From assembly GCA_034521815.1 (NCBI GenBank), contig JAXHLW010000013.1, positions 1,120,001-1,184,000 on the forward strand: 64,000 nucleotides of DNA, written 5' to 3'. Position 1 is the first letter of the stretch, and each line of letters opens with the position of its first letter. Made by a program: the position numbers and the translations under genes. Origin of the DNA: Trueperaceae bacterium. GTDB taxonomy: Bacteria; Deinococcota; Deinococci; Deinococcales; Trueperaceae. Of the stretch, positions 1 to 12,563 are shown piece after piece. The notes under the pieces were generated by a model. The model was not told the origin of the DNA, did not search any database, and saw only the letters and a program-made list of their open reading frames with translations.

Positions 1-1
1 G

Positions 2-112
2 GACGCGCTGGCGGACGACGTCGCGCCGTTCACGCCGGACCAGATCGCTGCGGCACGGGGCGAGGGGCTGTCGGCCAGCGACGTGCTCGAGTCGAGGCCC
101 GAGCTGCCGTGA
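2..112 (+). CDS. 3' end of a CDS truncated by the window edge (unknown product)
   Basis: Open frame from base 2 (DALADDVAPFTPDQIAAARGEGLSASDVLESRPELP*) with GC-rich third positions, ending TGA at 110-112. Confidence 0.55.
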   Translation, partial: DALADDVAPFTPDQIAAARGEGLSASDVLESRPELP

Positions 113-172
113 GAGGTCGGCTCGCTGCGCGCGGCCGTCCGATTTGGACGGCCGCGCACCGTATCGTGGCGC

Positions 173-1177
173 ATGGGACTCATCGCGATCACCCGCCGCC
201 TTCCCGACGTCGCGACCGACCTGCTGAACGACGCGGGTCACGAGATCCGGCTCCACGACACCGATCTTCCGCCGTCCCGCGAGCAGCTGACGCGCCTCGT
301 GGCCGGCGCGGACGCCGTCGTCTCGCTCCTCTCCGATGCGATCGACGTCGACGTGCTGGACGCTGCCGGGCCCCAGCTGCGCGTCGTCGCGAACTACGCC
401 GTCGGCCTGGACAACGTGGACCTGGAGACGTGCCGGTCGCGCGGCATCGCGGTCGCGCACACCCCCGGCGTCCTGGACGAGGCCACGGCGGACCTGGCGT
501 GGACGCTGCTGCTCGCGGTGGCCCGCCGTGTCCTCGAGGGGCACCGTCTGGTGGCGTCCGAACGGTGGACGGGGTGGGCCCCCTTGCAGCTGCTGGGCAC
601 GGAGCTGCACGGCCGAAGGTTCGGGGTCGTGGGCCTCGGCCGCATCGGAACGGCCGCTGCGCGACGGGCTCGCGGTTTCGGGATGGAGGTCGTGTACCAC
701 GCCCGCTCGCGGCACGAGCGGGCGGAGGCGGAGCTGCCGGCTCGCAAGGCGAGTCTGGACGAGCTGCTCGCGACCAGCGACGTGGTCAGCCTGCACTGCC
801 CGTTGACCGAGGCGACACGTCACCTGATCGACGCACGCGCCCTCGCGACCATGAAGCCGTCCGCGATCCTCGTCAACACCGCGCGCGGAGAGGTGGTGGA
901 CGAGCAGGCGCTGGTCGAGGCGCTCGGCGAAGGCCGGATCGCGGGGGCCGGCTTGGACGTGTTCGAGCGCGAGCCGCGCATCCATCCTCGCCTGCCCGCC
1001 CTGCCCAACGTCGTTCTGGCTCCGCATCTCGGTTCGGCGACCGTGGCGACGCGCGAGGCGATGGCGCGGCTGGTGGCGGACGCCGTCATCGGCGTCCTGG
1101 CCGGCCGCGAGCCCGCGAACCTGGCGGTGCGCCCGGGTGTCGACACCGACGGAAGCGGACGTGCCTCCGGGCCGTAG
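173..1177 (+). CDS. D-2-hydroxyacid dehydrogenase (glyoxylate/hydroxypyruvate reductase, D-glycerate dehydrogenase family)
   Basis: VANYAVGLDNVD, GVVGLGRIG Rossmann motif, VSLHCPLT, LVNTARG, GLDVFEREP and catalytic PHLGSAT. Confidence 0.93.
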   Translation: MGLIAITRRLPDVATDLLNDAGHEIRLHDTDLPPSREQLTRLVAGADAVVSLLSDAIDVDVLDAAGPQLRVVANYAVGLDNVDLETCRSRGIAVAHTPGVLDEATADLAWTLLLAVARRVLEGHRLVASERWTGWAPLQLLGTELHGRRFGVVGLGRIGTAAARRARGFGMEVVYHARSRHERAEAELPARKASLDELLATSDVVSLHCPLTEATRHLIDARALATMKPSAILVNTARGEVVDEQALVEALGEGRIAGAGLDVFEREPRIHPRLPALPNVVLAPHLGSATVATREAMARLVADAVIGVLAGREPANLAVRPGVDTDGSGRASGP

Positions 1178-1267
1178 ACCCGGACGCTTTCCGGTCGACG
1201 GAAAGGAACACGTCGCTGGCGCCCCGCGGGGCGCCAGCGACGTGCAGGCGTTCGGCCTGTGACGCGC

Positions 1268-3412
<2,145 letters not shown>

Positions 3413-3443
3413 TCACGACGTGGGCCCCCGCTCGAACCCCTCG

Positions 3444-3473
3444 ATCATACCCCGAACGCGGCCGGGTCGTCAA
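3444..3473 (-). promoter_or_regulatory. Putative sigma70-type promoter of gyrB
   Basis: Minus strand reads TTGACG (3473-3468) - 18 nt - TATGAT (3449-3444), about 220 nt upstream of the start codon. Confidence 0.6.
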
Positions 3474-3540
3474 ACGATTCGTGCCGTCCTGGACGGGACA
3501 AACCTTGCGTACGAGCGAGCTCGGCAAGGGCGCGCCGCGG

Positions 3541-3611
3541 ACCGATCGGCGGATCGACGGACGCGCCGATCGCGCCACCGACCCGCCGATCGACACGCCG
3601 ATCGACACGCC
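3541..3611. repeat. Imperfect ~12-bp tandem repeat (CCGATCGACACG-like) right after the proA stop
   Basis: accgatcggcggatcgacggacgcgccgatcgcgccaccgacccgccgatcgacacgccgatcgacacgcc. Confidence 0.6.
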
Positions 3612-4868
3612 TCAGACGCGGACCTGGCCGTCGCCGTCGACGAGGTACTTGCGGGTGACGAGATGCTCGAGCCCCATCGGTCCACGAGCGTGCAGCTTCT
3701 GCGTGCTGATCCCGATCTCGGCACCGAAACCGAACACGAATCCGTCCGTGAACCGCGTCGAGGCGTTCACGTACACCGCCGCGGCGTCCACACCCTCCTG
3801 GAACGCGCGGGCCGCCGAGCGCGAGGCCGTCACGATCGCCTCGCTATGTCCGCTTCCCCACCGTCCGATGTGCTCGATCGCGTCGTCGACACCGTTCACG
3901 ACGCGCACCGCGAGAATCAGGTCCAGGTACTCCTCGGCCCAGTCCTGATCGGTCGCCGGCTCCATCGCCACCACCGCCCGGGCACGCTCGCACCCCACCA
4001 GGCGCACGCCGTCCGCCCGCAACGCCTCTGCGATGCGCGGCAGGAACGCGCCGGCCACCTCCTCGTCCACGAGCAAGGTCTCGGCCGCGTTGCACACGCC
4101 CGGCCGCTGGACCTTCGCGTTGCGTACGATCGCCGCCGCGGACGCGAGGTCCGCGTCGGCGTGCACGTACACGTGACAGTTGCCGACGCCCGTCTCGATC
4201 ACGGGAACCTTCGCCGTCTCCACCACGTGCGCGATCAGCGAGGCGCCGCCGCGAGGGATCACCAGGTCCACCCTGCCCCGCGCCGAGAGCAGCTCGGTCA
4301 CGTAGCCGCGGTCGGGGCTGTCGATCAGCTGGACCGCGTCGGCCGGCAGGCCGGCTCCGACCAGTCCACGGCGCATCGCGGCCACCAGCGCACGGTTGCT
4401 GCGAAGCGCCGAGGCGCTGCCGCGAAGCACCGCGGCGCTGCCGGCCTTGATCGCCAGCGCTGCGGCGTCGACCGTCACGTTGGGACGCGACTCGTAGATC
4501 ATGCCGATGACGCCGAACGGCACGGTCACCTCGCGCACGTCCACGCCCGCCTCGAGCCGCCAGCCACGCAGAACGCGGTGAAGCGGATCGGGAAGGGCGG
4601 CGACCTGCTCGCACGCGACCGCGACCTTGTCGAGTCGCTCCTCGTCGAGACGCAGCCGGTCCACCAACGAGGCCGCCGTACCGCGACGAACCTCCTCGTC
4701 GACGTCCAACGCATTGGCCTCCAGGATCGCCCGGGCGTCCTCGCGCAGGGCGGCCGCGACGGCGCCCAGACCCGCATCGCGCGGACCTGCAGGGAGCTGA
4801 CGCTGGGCGAGCCGCGCCCCATCGAGGAGCGCGACGAGATCGACGGAAGGAGGAGATACCGAGGTCAT
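3612..4868 (-). CDS. proA: Gamma-glutamyl phosphate reductase (glutamate-5-semialdehyde dehydrogenase)
   Basis: VPFGVIGMIYESRPNVT, VIPRGG, GVGNCHVYV, RPGVCNAAETLL, NASTRFTDG, GAEIGISTQKLHARGPMGL. Start taken at MTSVSPP. Confidence 0.95.
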   Translation of the reverse strand: MTSVSPPSVDLVALLDGARLAQRQLPAGPRDAGLGAVAAALREDARAILEANALDVDEEVRRGTAASLVDRLRLDEERLDKVAVACEQVAALPDPLHRVLRGWRLEAGVDVREVTVPFGVIGMIYESRPNVTVDAAALAIKAGSAAVLRGSASALRSNRALVAAMRRGLVGAGLPADAVQLIDSPDRGYVTELLSARGRVDLVIPRGGASLIAHVVETAKVPVIETGVGNCHVYVHADADLASAAAIVRNAKVQRPGVCNAAETLLVDEEVAGAFLPRIAEALRADGVRLVGCERARAVVAMEPATDQDWAEEYLDLILAVRVVNGVDDAIEHIGRWGSGHSEAIVTASRSAARAFQEGVDAAAVYVNASTRFTDGFVFGFGAEIGISTQKLHARGPMGLEHLVTRKYLVDGDGQVRV

Positions 4869-4941
4869 GTCGGCAAGGATAGCCCGGCGAACGTACGCGT
4901 TCGCGCTCCGAACGTAGACTCGCTCCCGACGGGAGGACGAC

Positions 4942-5676
4942 ATGACCGACGCCACGCGACAGAAGGGGCCCGGCTCCGACGACGCTTCCACGGCCGGCCG
5001 CGCTCCTCGCCACGCCGTGATCAGCGGCGCGGCCGGAGGGCTGGGCTCCGTTCTGGCCGCCACGTTCGAAGACCACGGATGCCGACTGGTGCTACCCGCC
5101 CGCTCCGGCCTGGACGAGCTGCGCGCAGCGCACCCAGGCGCCCGCGTCGTCGAGGCCGACCTGACCGATCCGGGCGACTGTCGCCGGGTCGCCGCCGACG
5201 CGCGCGAGGCGTTCGGCATCATCGACGCCGTCCTGAACGTCGCTGGAGGCTTCGCCACGACCTCGGCGCTGGAGCTGTCCGCCGCCGATCTGGAGAAGCA
5301 GCTCGACCTCAACCTGCGAACCGCGGTCCAGCTCACCAGCGCGTTCTTGCCAGCGATGGTCGAGCAGGGCGCCGGCAACGTGATGGCCGTCTCGGCGGGC
5401 GCGGCGCGCGGCGGGAACGGGCTCGGCGCCTACGCCGCCTCGAAGGCGGCGCTCGAGGGCTACATGCGCTCCGTGCGCGCCGAGGTCGAGCCGCACGGCG
5501 TCGCCGTCTCGCTGTTGATCCCCGAGGGGACGATCGACACGGACGCCAACCGGCGCGCGATGCCCGACGCCGACCGTTCGGCCTGGATCGCACCGGTCGC
5601 GCTGGCGGAGGCCGCCTGGTTCCTGGCGACCCGCAGAGCCGGCGGGCACGTCGGAGAGCTGCGCGTGAGCGCCTGA
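4942..5676 (+). CDS. Short-chain dehydrogenase/reductase
   Basis: ISGAAGGLG Rossmann motif, NVAGG, catalytic YAASK; GGAGG RBS. Confidence 0.9.
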   Translation: MTDATRQKGPGSDDASTAGRAPRHAVISGAAGGLGSVLAATFEDHGCRLVLPARSGLDELRAAHPGARVVEADLTDPGDCRRVAADAREAFGIIDAVLNVAGGFATTSALELSAADLEKQLDLNLRTAVQLTSAFLPAMVEQGAGNVMAVSAGAARGGNGLGAYAASKAALEGYMRSVRAEVEPHGVAVSLLIPEGTIDTDANRRAMPDADRSAWIAPVALAEAAWFLATRRAGGHVGELRVSA

Positions 5677-5705
5677 CGCACCGAGGACGCTGCGCCCGTC
5701 CGCGG

Positions 5706-7310
5706 TCAGCCCAGGTGCACGATTCGCCCCGCCACGACCGTCATTCGGACGCCGAGGCGGTCCAGCCGACCGGCGGTCGGGTCGTCGGACCAGGCCACCA
5801 GGTCGGCGTCCGCACCGGGGCGCAGCACGCCGGAGCGTCCTCCGCGACCGATCGCCGTCGCCGCGCCGCGGGTGTACGCAGCGACGGCGGTGGCAGCGTC
5901 GATCGCCTCGTCCGGCGCCACGATGCGGCCCCCCGCCCCGGTCCGATCGATCGCTGCCCGCAGGCTAGCGGCCGGGTCGGGCGGTGCGACCGGCGTGTCG
6001 CTGCCGAACGCGAGCACGGCGCCCGCAGCGCTCAGGCTGCGAATCGGGTAGGCCCTATCGTGACGGTCGCGCAGTCGCTCGTGAATCGTCGGCGCGTCGA
6101 AGGTGAGGTGCAGCGGCTGCATCGACGCCACGAGGCCCATCCGGCCCAGGCGCGCGACGTCGCCCGGATGGACGTGCTGCGCATGCTCGACGCGCGGACG
6201 CAGGCCGGCGGCGCGCCAGGCGGGCTCCGTGGCTTCGTACGCGTCCAGCAACGCCCGGACGGCCGCGTCGCCGATCGCGTGGCCCACCGGCGTCAGGCCG
6301 GCCGAGATCGCCAGCGCGACACGCTGGGCGAGCACGTCCGGAGGGGTCAACACCATCCCGACGTCGCTCCCGCCGTCGTACGGCTCCAGCATCCAGGCGG
6401 ACAAGCTGCCCAGGGCACCGTCGACGAAGAACTTCGCGCCCCCCAGCGTGAAGCGATCGCCCCCGATCCCTGTCGCCAAGCCGATCGACAGAGCGGACTC
6501 GATCTCCTCCTGCGGCAGGCAGGCCCAGACCCGCATGGGAAACGCGTCGTCGCTGGCCGCGAGGGCCAGGGCCCTGAAGTTGTCGGGCGGCTCGAACGCC
6601 ATCTGGTGAACGGTCGTGATGCCCAGGGCGTTCAACGAGCGCGCACCCGACGTGATCGCCTCGCGAAGCTCCGCGGGCGTGGCCGGGGTGACGGCGCGCG
6701 CGACGACGGCGACGGCGCCCTCGAGAAGATGTCCGCTGGGCGAGCCGTCCGCGCGTCGCTCGAACACGCCGCCCTCCGGATCGGACGTGCCCGCGTGCAC
6801 GCCGGCTCGCTCGAGGGCAGCGCCGTTCGCGAGACCGCTGTGGTGGTCCTGCGAACGGAGCAGCACGGGATGGGCAGGGAGCACCGCGTCCAACGCCTCC
6901 CGGTCGGGATGACGCAGACCCCAGCGCTGGAGGGCGAACCCGGTACCCAGCACCCACGTTCCCGCGGGGACCGACGCAGCCCGGACCCGAAGGCGCTCCA
7001 GCGCCTCGTCCAGCGAGGCCGTATCGCCCAGCTGCACCTGCGACAGCTCCTGGCCGTGGAACCCGAGGTGGACGTGCGAATCGTGGAACCCGGGCGTGAG
7101 GACGGCGCCCCCGACGTCGACGGTCTCGGCGCCGGGTGCCAGACGTGCGCGGACCTCCGCCTCGTCGCCGACGGCGAGCACGCGCCCTCCTCGGACGGCG
7201 ACGGCTTCGGCGACCGGTCGCTGGTCGTCGAGGGTGCGAACCGAGCCCCCGACGAACAGTCGGTCGCGGAGCGGGTCGAACGAGGAATCGGGGTCGGTCG
7301 CGTACGGCAC
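5706..7310 (-). CDS. Amidohydrolase family 3 (YtcJ-like)
   Basis: TPGFHDSHVH metal motif, KFFVDGALGS, HAIGDAA, RVEHAQ, FGSDTPV. GTG start at 7310 with AGGAG upstream. Confidence 0.9.
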   Translation of the reverse strand: MPYATDPDSSFDPLRDRLFVGGSVRTLDDQRPVAEAVAVRGGRVLAVGDEAEVRARLAPGAETVDVGGAVLTPGFHDSHVHLGFHGQELSQVQLGDTASLDEALERLRVRAASVPAGTWVLGTGFALQRWGLRHPDREALDAVLPAHPVLLRSQDHHSGLANGAALERAGVHAGTSDPEGGVFERRADGSPSGHLLEGAVAVVARAVTPATPAELREAITSGARSLNALGITTVHQMAFEPPDNFRALALAASDDAFPMRVWACLPQEEIESALSIGLATGIGGDRFTLGGAKFFVDGALGSLSAWMLEPYDGGSDVGMVLTPPDVLAQRVALAISAGLTPVGHAIGDAAVRALLDAYEATEPAWRAAGLRPRVEHAQHVHPGDVARLGRMGLVASMQPLHLTFDAPTIHERLRDRHDRAYPIRSLSAAGAVLAFGSDTPVAPPDPAASLRAAIDRTGAGGRIVAPDEAIDAATAVAAYTRGAATAIGRGGRSGVLRPGADADLVAWSDDPTAGRLDRLGVRMTVVAGRIVHLG

Positions 7311-7336
7311 GGGGTCGGTCTCCTGTCGGGGCGGCG

Positions 7337-7708
7337 TCAGCGACGCCGGCGGGGCTGGGCGGTCAGGGGCTGGGCGGTCAGGGGCTCGGCGGTCAGGGCG
7401 ATGATCCGGTCCAGGTCGTCGGGCTGGTGCGGATCGTCCAGGGCGGCGCGGTTGCGGCGCTCGGCTCCGCACGTTCGGCAGCGGGTGACGACGACCCAGC
7501 CCTTCTTCGCGCTGTGGTCGGCCCCGACCGGCTCGAGCTCGCCGCCGCAGTCCGAGGCGCGGTCGCCCGGATCCACGTCGACGTGCAGCGACCACAGGCA
7601 GGCTGGGCAGTGGTTGCGGACCGATCCGTTCGCCAGCGGCCGCACGTCGCAGCCGCAGTGGACGCACACGAACCCGACGTTGGTGCCCCTGACCGTGAAC
7701 CGTTTCAC
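7337..7708 (-). CDS. RNHCP domain protein (zinc-ribbon-like)
   Basis: FVCVHCG...RNHCPACLWSLHVD..PGDRASDCGG...RCRTCG signature; C-terminal (LTAQP)-type repeat. Confidence 0.88.
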   Translation of the reverse strand: MKRFTVRGTNVGFVCVHCGCDVRPLANGSVRNHCPACLWSLHVDVDPGDRASDCGGELEPVGADHSAKKGWVVVTRCRTCGAERRNRAALDDPHQPDDLDRIIALTAEPLTAQPLTAQPRRRR

Positions 7709-7719
7709 GGTCGTCGAGT

Positions 7720-9168
7720 CTACCCGTCTCGCCCCTCGGCCCGCGTCGCTTCGAATCGGTCGCGGTCGGCCTCGGCCTCCGCCTCCTCGAGCCTCTCGAC
7801 CTTGCCGACGTACGCGTCCGGATCGGCCTTCCGCCGCAGGCCGTTCGCGTTCATGTAGCGGACCTTGCCGTACACGGCGCGCTCGGCCCAGGCGCGGTCG
7901 TGCAGCCCGAAGCACCAAGCCACGCCCGCGTAGCTGTTCGGGTCGCGGCCGTCCAGGAACCAGCGATCGTTGAGGCGGCGAACACGGTCGAACGCCTCCT
8001 CGGGCTCGGCGCTCCACTCCAGGATCTTCTTGCCCCAGTACATCCGCATGTAGTTGTGCATGTAGCCCGTGGCCCGCATCTCGCGCATCGCCGCGTTCCA
8101 GTACGGATCGTGCGTCTCGGCGTTCTCGAACGTCGCATCGTCGTACACGTGATCGCGGGCGTCGTCGCGGTGATCGTTCAAGGTGGCGCGCGCCCACGAC
8201 GGCAGCGTCGCGTAGCGATCGTAGTCGTCCTCGGCGTGAAGCACGAAGTTCACCGCCAGCTCGCGGCGCACGATCAGCTCTTCCAGGAACGCGTCCAGCG
8301 TCCCGGCGTCGGGCGCCGCGTCGCGCGCCCGACGGGCGGCCACGACCGGCGACAGGTGCCCGAAGTGGAGCGATTTGGAGAGGTGGCTGACGTCGTCCGT
8401 CTGCGGCTGATCGCGATGGTCGGCGTAGTCGGCGAAGCGGTCGGTCAGGAACCGGTCGAACGCACGCTCGGCGGTCACCGCGCCGCCCTGGAAGCGTGCG
8501 ACCGGCTCGACGGAGCGATCGACGTCCAGCCGCGCGAGCGTCCCGGCCAGGTCGCGCGGATCGAAGGGGGGCAGGCCGTCTTCGGGGCTCATATCCGGAT
8601 CGCGGCGCCTGGGCTGCCTCGCCGGCGTCTCGACCATGAACCGCTCGACGTGGCGCCACAGCTTGGGTCGGATCGTCCGCGCGGCGTACTCGCGCTTGTC
8701 GCTAGCCAGATCGGCGGGCACGACGACGTCCCCCTCGACCTGCACGACGCGAACGCCCGCCTCGGCCGCGACCCGCCGTCGCCACGCCCGGTGGTGCCGA
8801 AGGTACCCCCGGTCGCACACCACCGACGCCGCGTCCGCCGCGAGGCGCAACGCCACGTCGGGGGGCGAACCGAGCCGCGGTGCGAACGCGACGCCTCTGT
8901 CCCGGAGCCCGTCCGCCACGTCGGACAGGCCTTCGACGAGGTACGCCATATGGCGGAGGTTCGCGCCCGGGTAGGTCTGGTCCAGGCCGAACGTCACCAG
9001 CAGCGGCAGGTCCGCATCGTTCGCCAGGTCGAGCGCGTGCTCCAACGCGGGATTGTCCGCCGTCCGCTGAGATCGCTGCATCCAGTAGAGGACGTAGCGA
9101 CCGTCGCTACGGGTGGGCGCCTCGTTCAGGTCGCGGACGCGGGCGGGATCGACCGGATGCTGAGCCAT
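7720..9168 (-). CDS. phr: Deoxyribodipyrimidine photolyase, class II type
   Basis: YVLYWMQRSQR.DNPAL, EYAARTIRPKL, FLEELIVRRELAVNF, MHNYMRMYWGKKILEWS, DGRDPNSYAGVAW. Start taken at MAQHPVDP. Confidence 0.92.
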   Translation of the reverse strand: MAQHPVDPARVRDLNEAPTRSDGRYVLYWMQRSQRTADNPALEHALDLANDADLPLLVTFGLDQTYPGANLRHMAYLVEGLSDVADGLRDRGVAFAPRLGSPPDVALRLAADAASVVCDRGYLRHHRAWRRRVAAEAGVRVVQVEGDVVVPADLASDKREYAARTIRPKLWRHVERFMVETPARQPRRRDPDMSPEDGLPPFDPRDLAGTLARLDVDRSVEPVARFQGGAVTAERAFDRFLTDRFADYADHRDQPQTDDVSHLSKSLHFGHLSPVVAARRARDAAPDAGTLDAFLEELIVRRELAVNFVLHAEDDYDRYATLPSWARATLNDHRDDARDHVYDDATFENAETHDPYWNAAMREMRATGYMHNYMRMYWGKKILEWSAEPEEAFDRVRRLNDRWFLDGRDPNSYAGVAWCFGLHDRAWAERAVYGKVRYMNANGLRRKADPDAYVGKVERLEEAEAEADRDRFEATRAEGRDG

Positions 9169-9258
9169 GCCCGACGGTACGGCACCGAGGCCGCCGCCAC
9201 CGTGGGCCAGGGCGCTCGCGCCTGACGCGGCGGCCGTGCGCCTGCGCGTATCCTGACC

Positions 9259-11573
9259 GTGGTGGAGGAGCTCGTTCGTCTGGACAGCGCACGCGTGCTC
9301 GTCGGCGATCGCGCCGTTCTGAGCGACGCGTCGTGGAGCGTTCGACGGGGCGAGCGTTGGGCGCTGTGGGGCCCGAACGGGGCCGGCAAGTCGACGCTGC
9401 TGGCGCTGCTGAGCGGGGCCCTCTGGCCCCACGACGGGACCGTCCGGCGGGCGCCGGGCCTGCGGGTGGCGCTCGTCGATCAGCGAGCGCGTCTGCCGCG
9501 CGGCGAGACGCTGGACGACGCGATCGAGGGTGGCCTGCGCGCCGTCCGCGACGCCGAGGCCGCGATGCGCGCCGAAGAGCGAAGGCTGGCCGACGGCGGT
9601 GGCGACCTGGCGCGCTATGCGGCGCTGCAGGAGGCGTTCGAGCGGACGGGGGGCTACCGAGCCGAGGCGCGGTTGCGCCGCGAGCTCGCGGGCCTTCTGC
9701 CCGGCCGTCCGGCGGAGACGCGGCTCGCCTCGCTGTCCAGCGGCGAGCGACGTCGTGCCGCGGTGGCGCTGGCGCTGGCGGAACGCCCCGAGCTTCTCCT
9801 TCTCGACGAGCCCACCAACGGCCTGGACGCGACCACCCGGCGCTGGCTGGCCGACCGCCTCGCCGGGCTCGCCGGCACCGTGGCCCTGGTCGTCGCGAGC
9901 CACGACCGAGAGCTGCTGGCGCGCGTCTCGAACGCCAGCGCATACGTGGGGGACGGTCGCCTGGAGGCGACCCGGCTGTCGTTCGACCGGGACCGCGAGC
10001 GGCGGGGCGTGCGCGACCGGAGCGAGGCGAAACGCCGGCGACTCCGGGCCCGCGAAGCCGCGCGGCTGGAGGCGGCGGCCGAGCAGGCGCGCCGGCACGG
10101 CTCGCCGGTGCGGACGGCGGCAGCGCGGGCGCTGAGCCGGCGGGCGGCCCGGACCGACGCCGCGGCCAGCAATGAGCACACCGAGCAGCCAGCCGACGCG
10201 CGAGCCCACGACGGCGCCCACCTCGCTGGCCCCGCGACCGCGCGCCGACCTGCGCCCGATTGGACCCTCACGCCGAAGGACGGACGGGCCGGGTCGATGC
10301 TGAGGGCGGAGGGGCTGGCGCGAGAGGGACTGTTCGACGACGTCGCGGTGCGCCTCGATGCCGGCGAGAAGCTCGTCCTGATGGGAGCCAACGGAAGCGG
10401 CAAGTCGACGCTGCTGGCGATGCTGGCGGCCGAGGTGCGGTCGGACCGGCCCGACGCCACGGTATGGCTGCGGCCCGGGGCGCGGGTGCACTGGTGGGAC
10501 GCCAAGAGGCGCGGTCTGGGGGCCGGCGACGTGGCGTCGCAGCTGGCGGCCTGGGTCACGAGCGCACGGGTCGCCTCGCTGTTGGCGCTGGTGCGGCTGC
10601 CCCGCGATCGCTGGACCGCGGAGCCGCACGAGCTGTCGGGGGGCGAGCGGGCGCGCGCCGCACTGGCGCTGCTGATCGCGTCCGAGCCCGACCTGGTGCT
10701 GCTCGACGAGCCCGAGACCGACCTGGATCTCCAGGCGATCGAGCTGTTGGAGCAGGCGCTCGTGGAGACCCGAACCACCGTCGTGCTGGCCACGCACGAC
10801 CTGCGCCTCGCAGGCGCCGTCGGCGACGACGTGCGCAGCCTGTCGGACGGCCACCTCGTCGCGTGGCGCGGCGGGGTCGACGGCTGGCGGAACGGGCGAC
10901 GGAGGCGCGACGGCGGTTCTGCACCGTCGCCGCCCCGGCCGGGTCCGCCTGCGGGGGGTACCCACCCGCCCAGCGTCGTCGAGCTCGAGGACGAGCAAGC
11001 CCAGATCGAGTCGCGCCTCGAGGACCCCACCCGACTCAGCGACCGCGAGCGCGAGCGCTTGGAGGCACGCTCGCGCGAGCTGGTGGCGGCCCGCATGACG
11101 GCGTACGACGCGACGCTGCCGCAGCCCTCACCGCGCTACCGCGCGATCGAGCCGCCGTTGACGCTTCACGCGGACGCCAGCGACGACGGGCTTTCGTTCA
11201 GCGCGACCGACTGGCCGTCGCTGCCCCGCATCCTCCGTTCGGGCGACGTCGTCCACGTGATGCTGCCCGACCCCGAGCGATCCGCCTGGCTACCGTGGGC
11301 GAGGTCGAAGGCGCTGCTGGCCGCCTTGGCGCTGATCTTCCCCGTGCTCGCCCCGACGGCGGTCCAGACGAGGGCCGGACGGGGGCCACCGCCCGCGCCG
11401 TTCGAGGCGCTGGACGACGACTGGTGGGTCGCGTCCCGATCGGCCTGGGAGCGGGCGCAACGCATCGGGACGAGCCGCACCGGACCGAGCGCACCGACGA
11501 CGCGCACGACGAGACGCGCGGGGACGCACCGGAGGGCGGTCCGCCGAAGGCCACCTCGGCGAGGTCGTCGTGA
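9259..11573 (+). CDS. ABC-F family ATPase with two ABC domains and a C-terminal extension; apparent frameshift near 11467-11469
   Basis: GPNGAGKST/LSSGE/LLLLDEPTN and GANGSGKST/LSGGE/VLLDEPET, with no TM segments. As sequenced, the frame runs on through the next gene; adding one G at GGG 11467-9 gives a tail ending at TGA 11571-3, which overlaps the next GTG start. Confidence 0.8.
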
Positions 11574-12553
11574 GGAGCTTCTCGCGTTTGGCGACCGTCG
11601 GCGTGGCCGTGGCCTTGGGCGTCACGGCCGTGGCGCTCCATCCCAGCGGACCTGCCGCCTGGTCGACGCGGGTCTACCCCGCCTGGAGCGCTGCGATCGT
11701 GCCTCTGACGGAGCGCGCCCCCTGGCCGTGGACGCCGGTCCTGGCGGCGGCGCTCCTCGTCCTCGTCCTGGTCTGGATCGTTCGCGAGCCGCGCCGGCTT
11801 CGCACCTGGACACGGCTGGTGGGCGCCTTGCTCCTCGTCGGCGCGGGATTCGAGGCGTCGTGGGGCTTGCACGCGCTGCGCCCACCTGTCGAGGCTCGCT
11901 TGGGGCTGACGGCGTGGACCGCTTCACCTGCGTCGCAGGACGACATGAGACGGGTCGCCCAGCGGCTCGCCGAGATCGTGAGCCGCGACGTTCCGACCGA
12001 CGCGTTCGACGCGTCCGCGGCCCACGCCTCGGTCGCGAGGTCGCTCGCGACGTTCGCGCCGGCCGTGCGCCTGCCAAGGTCGCCCAAGGTGATTCGTGCG
12101 GGGATCCTGGGTCCGTTGGGCGTCGCGGGCGTGGTGTCGCCTTGGACGCTCGAAGCGCACGTCGACGGTGCGCTTCCGCCCTGGGCGCAAGTGGCGACGG
12201 GCGCTCACGAGGCGGCGCACCTGGCCGGGTACGAGAGCGAGCCCGGCGCGGAGCTGGTCGGTCTGCTGGCCGGCATCCGCGCCGACCATCCGCACGCGCG
12301 CTACGCGTCCGCGCTTCGCGGCTGGGCGGCGATGCCGCTCGCTGCGCGGCGCGGCACGGCGCTCCCGCCGCGCGCCCACGCCGACCTCGGGGCGCTCCAG
12401 GCGGCCGTCGCGACGCGCTGGGAGGGACCCGCGCGACTGCTCTGGTCGACCTACGAGCGCTGGCTGGTGGTCCGCGGGCAGCCCGACGGACTGGCCGGCT
12501 ACGCGGCGGGGCCGCGGCTCCTGGCGTCCGCGGCCCAGGCGGGCTGGTGGTGA
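11570..12553 (+). CDS. Membrane-anchored zincin-like protein (DUF3810-like)
   Basis: N-terminal hydrophobic segments, GVVSPWTLEAHVD, HEAAHLAGYESE (HExxH). Confidence 0.75.
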   Translation: MRSFSRLATVGVAVALGVTAVALHPSGPAAWSTRVYPAWSAAIVPLTERAPWPWTPVLAAALLVLVLVWIVREPRRLRTWTRLVGALLLVGAGFEASWGLHALRPPVEARLGLTAWTASPASQDDMRRVAQRLAEIVSRDVPTDAFDASAAHASVARSLATFAPAVRLPRSPKVIRAGILGPLGVAGVVSPWTLEAHVDGALPPWAQVATGAHEAAHLAGYESEPGAELVGLLAGIRADHPHARYASALRGWAAMPLAARRGTALPPRAHADLGALQAAVATRWEGPARLLWSTYERWLVVRGQPDGLAGYAAGPRLLASAAQAGWW

Positions 12554-12563
12554 GCCTGCGGGC

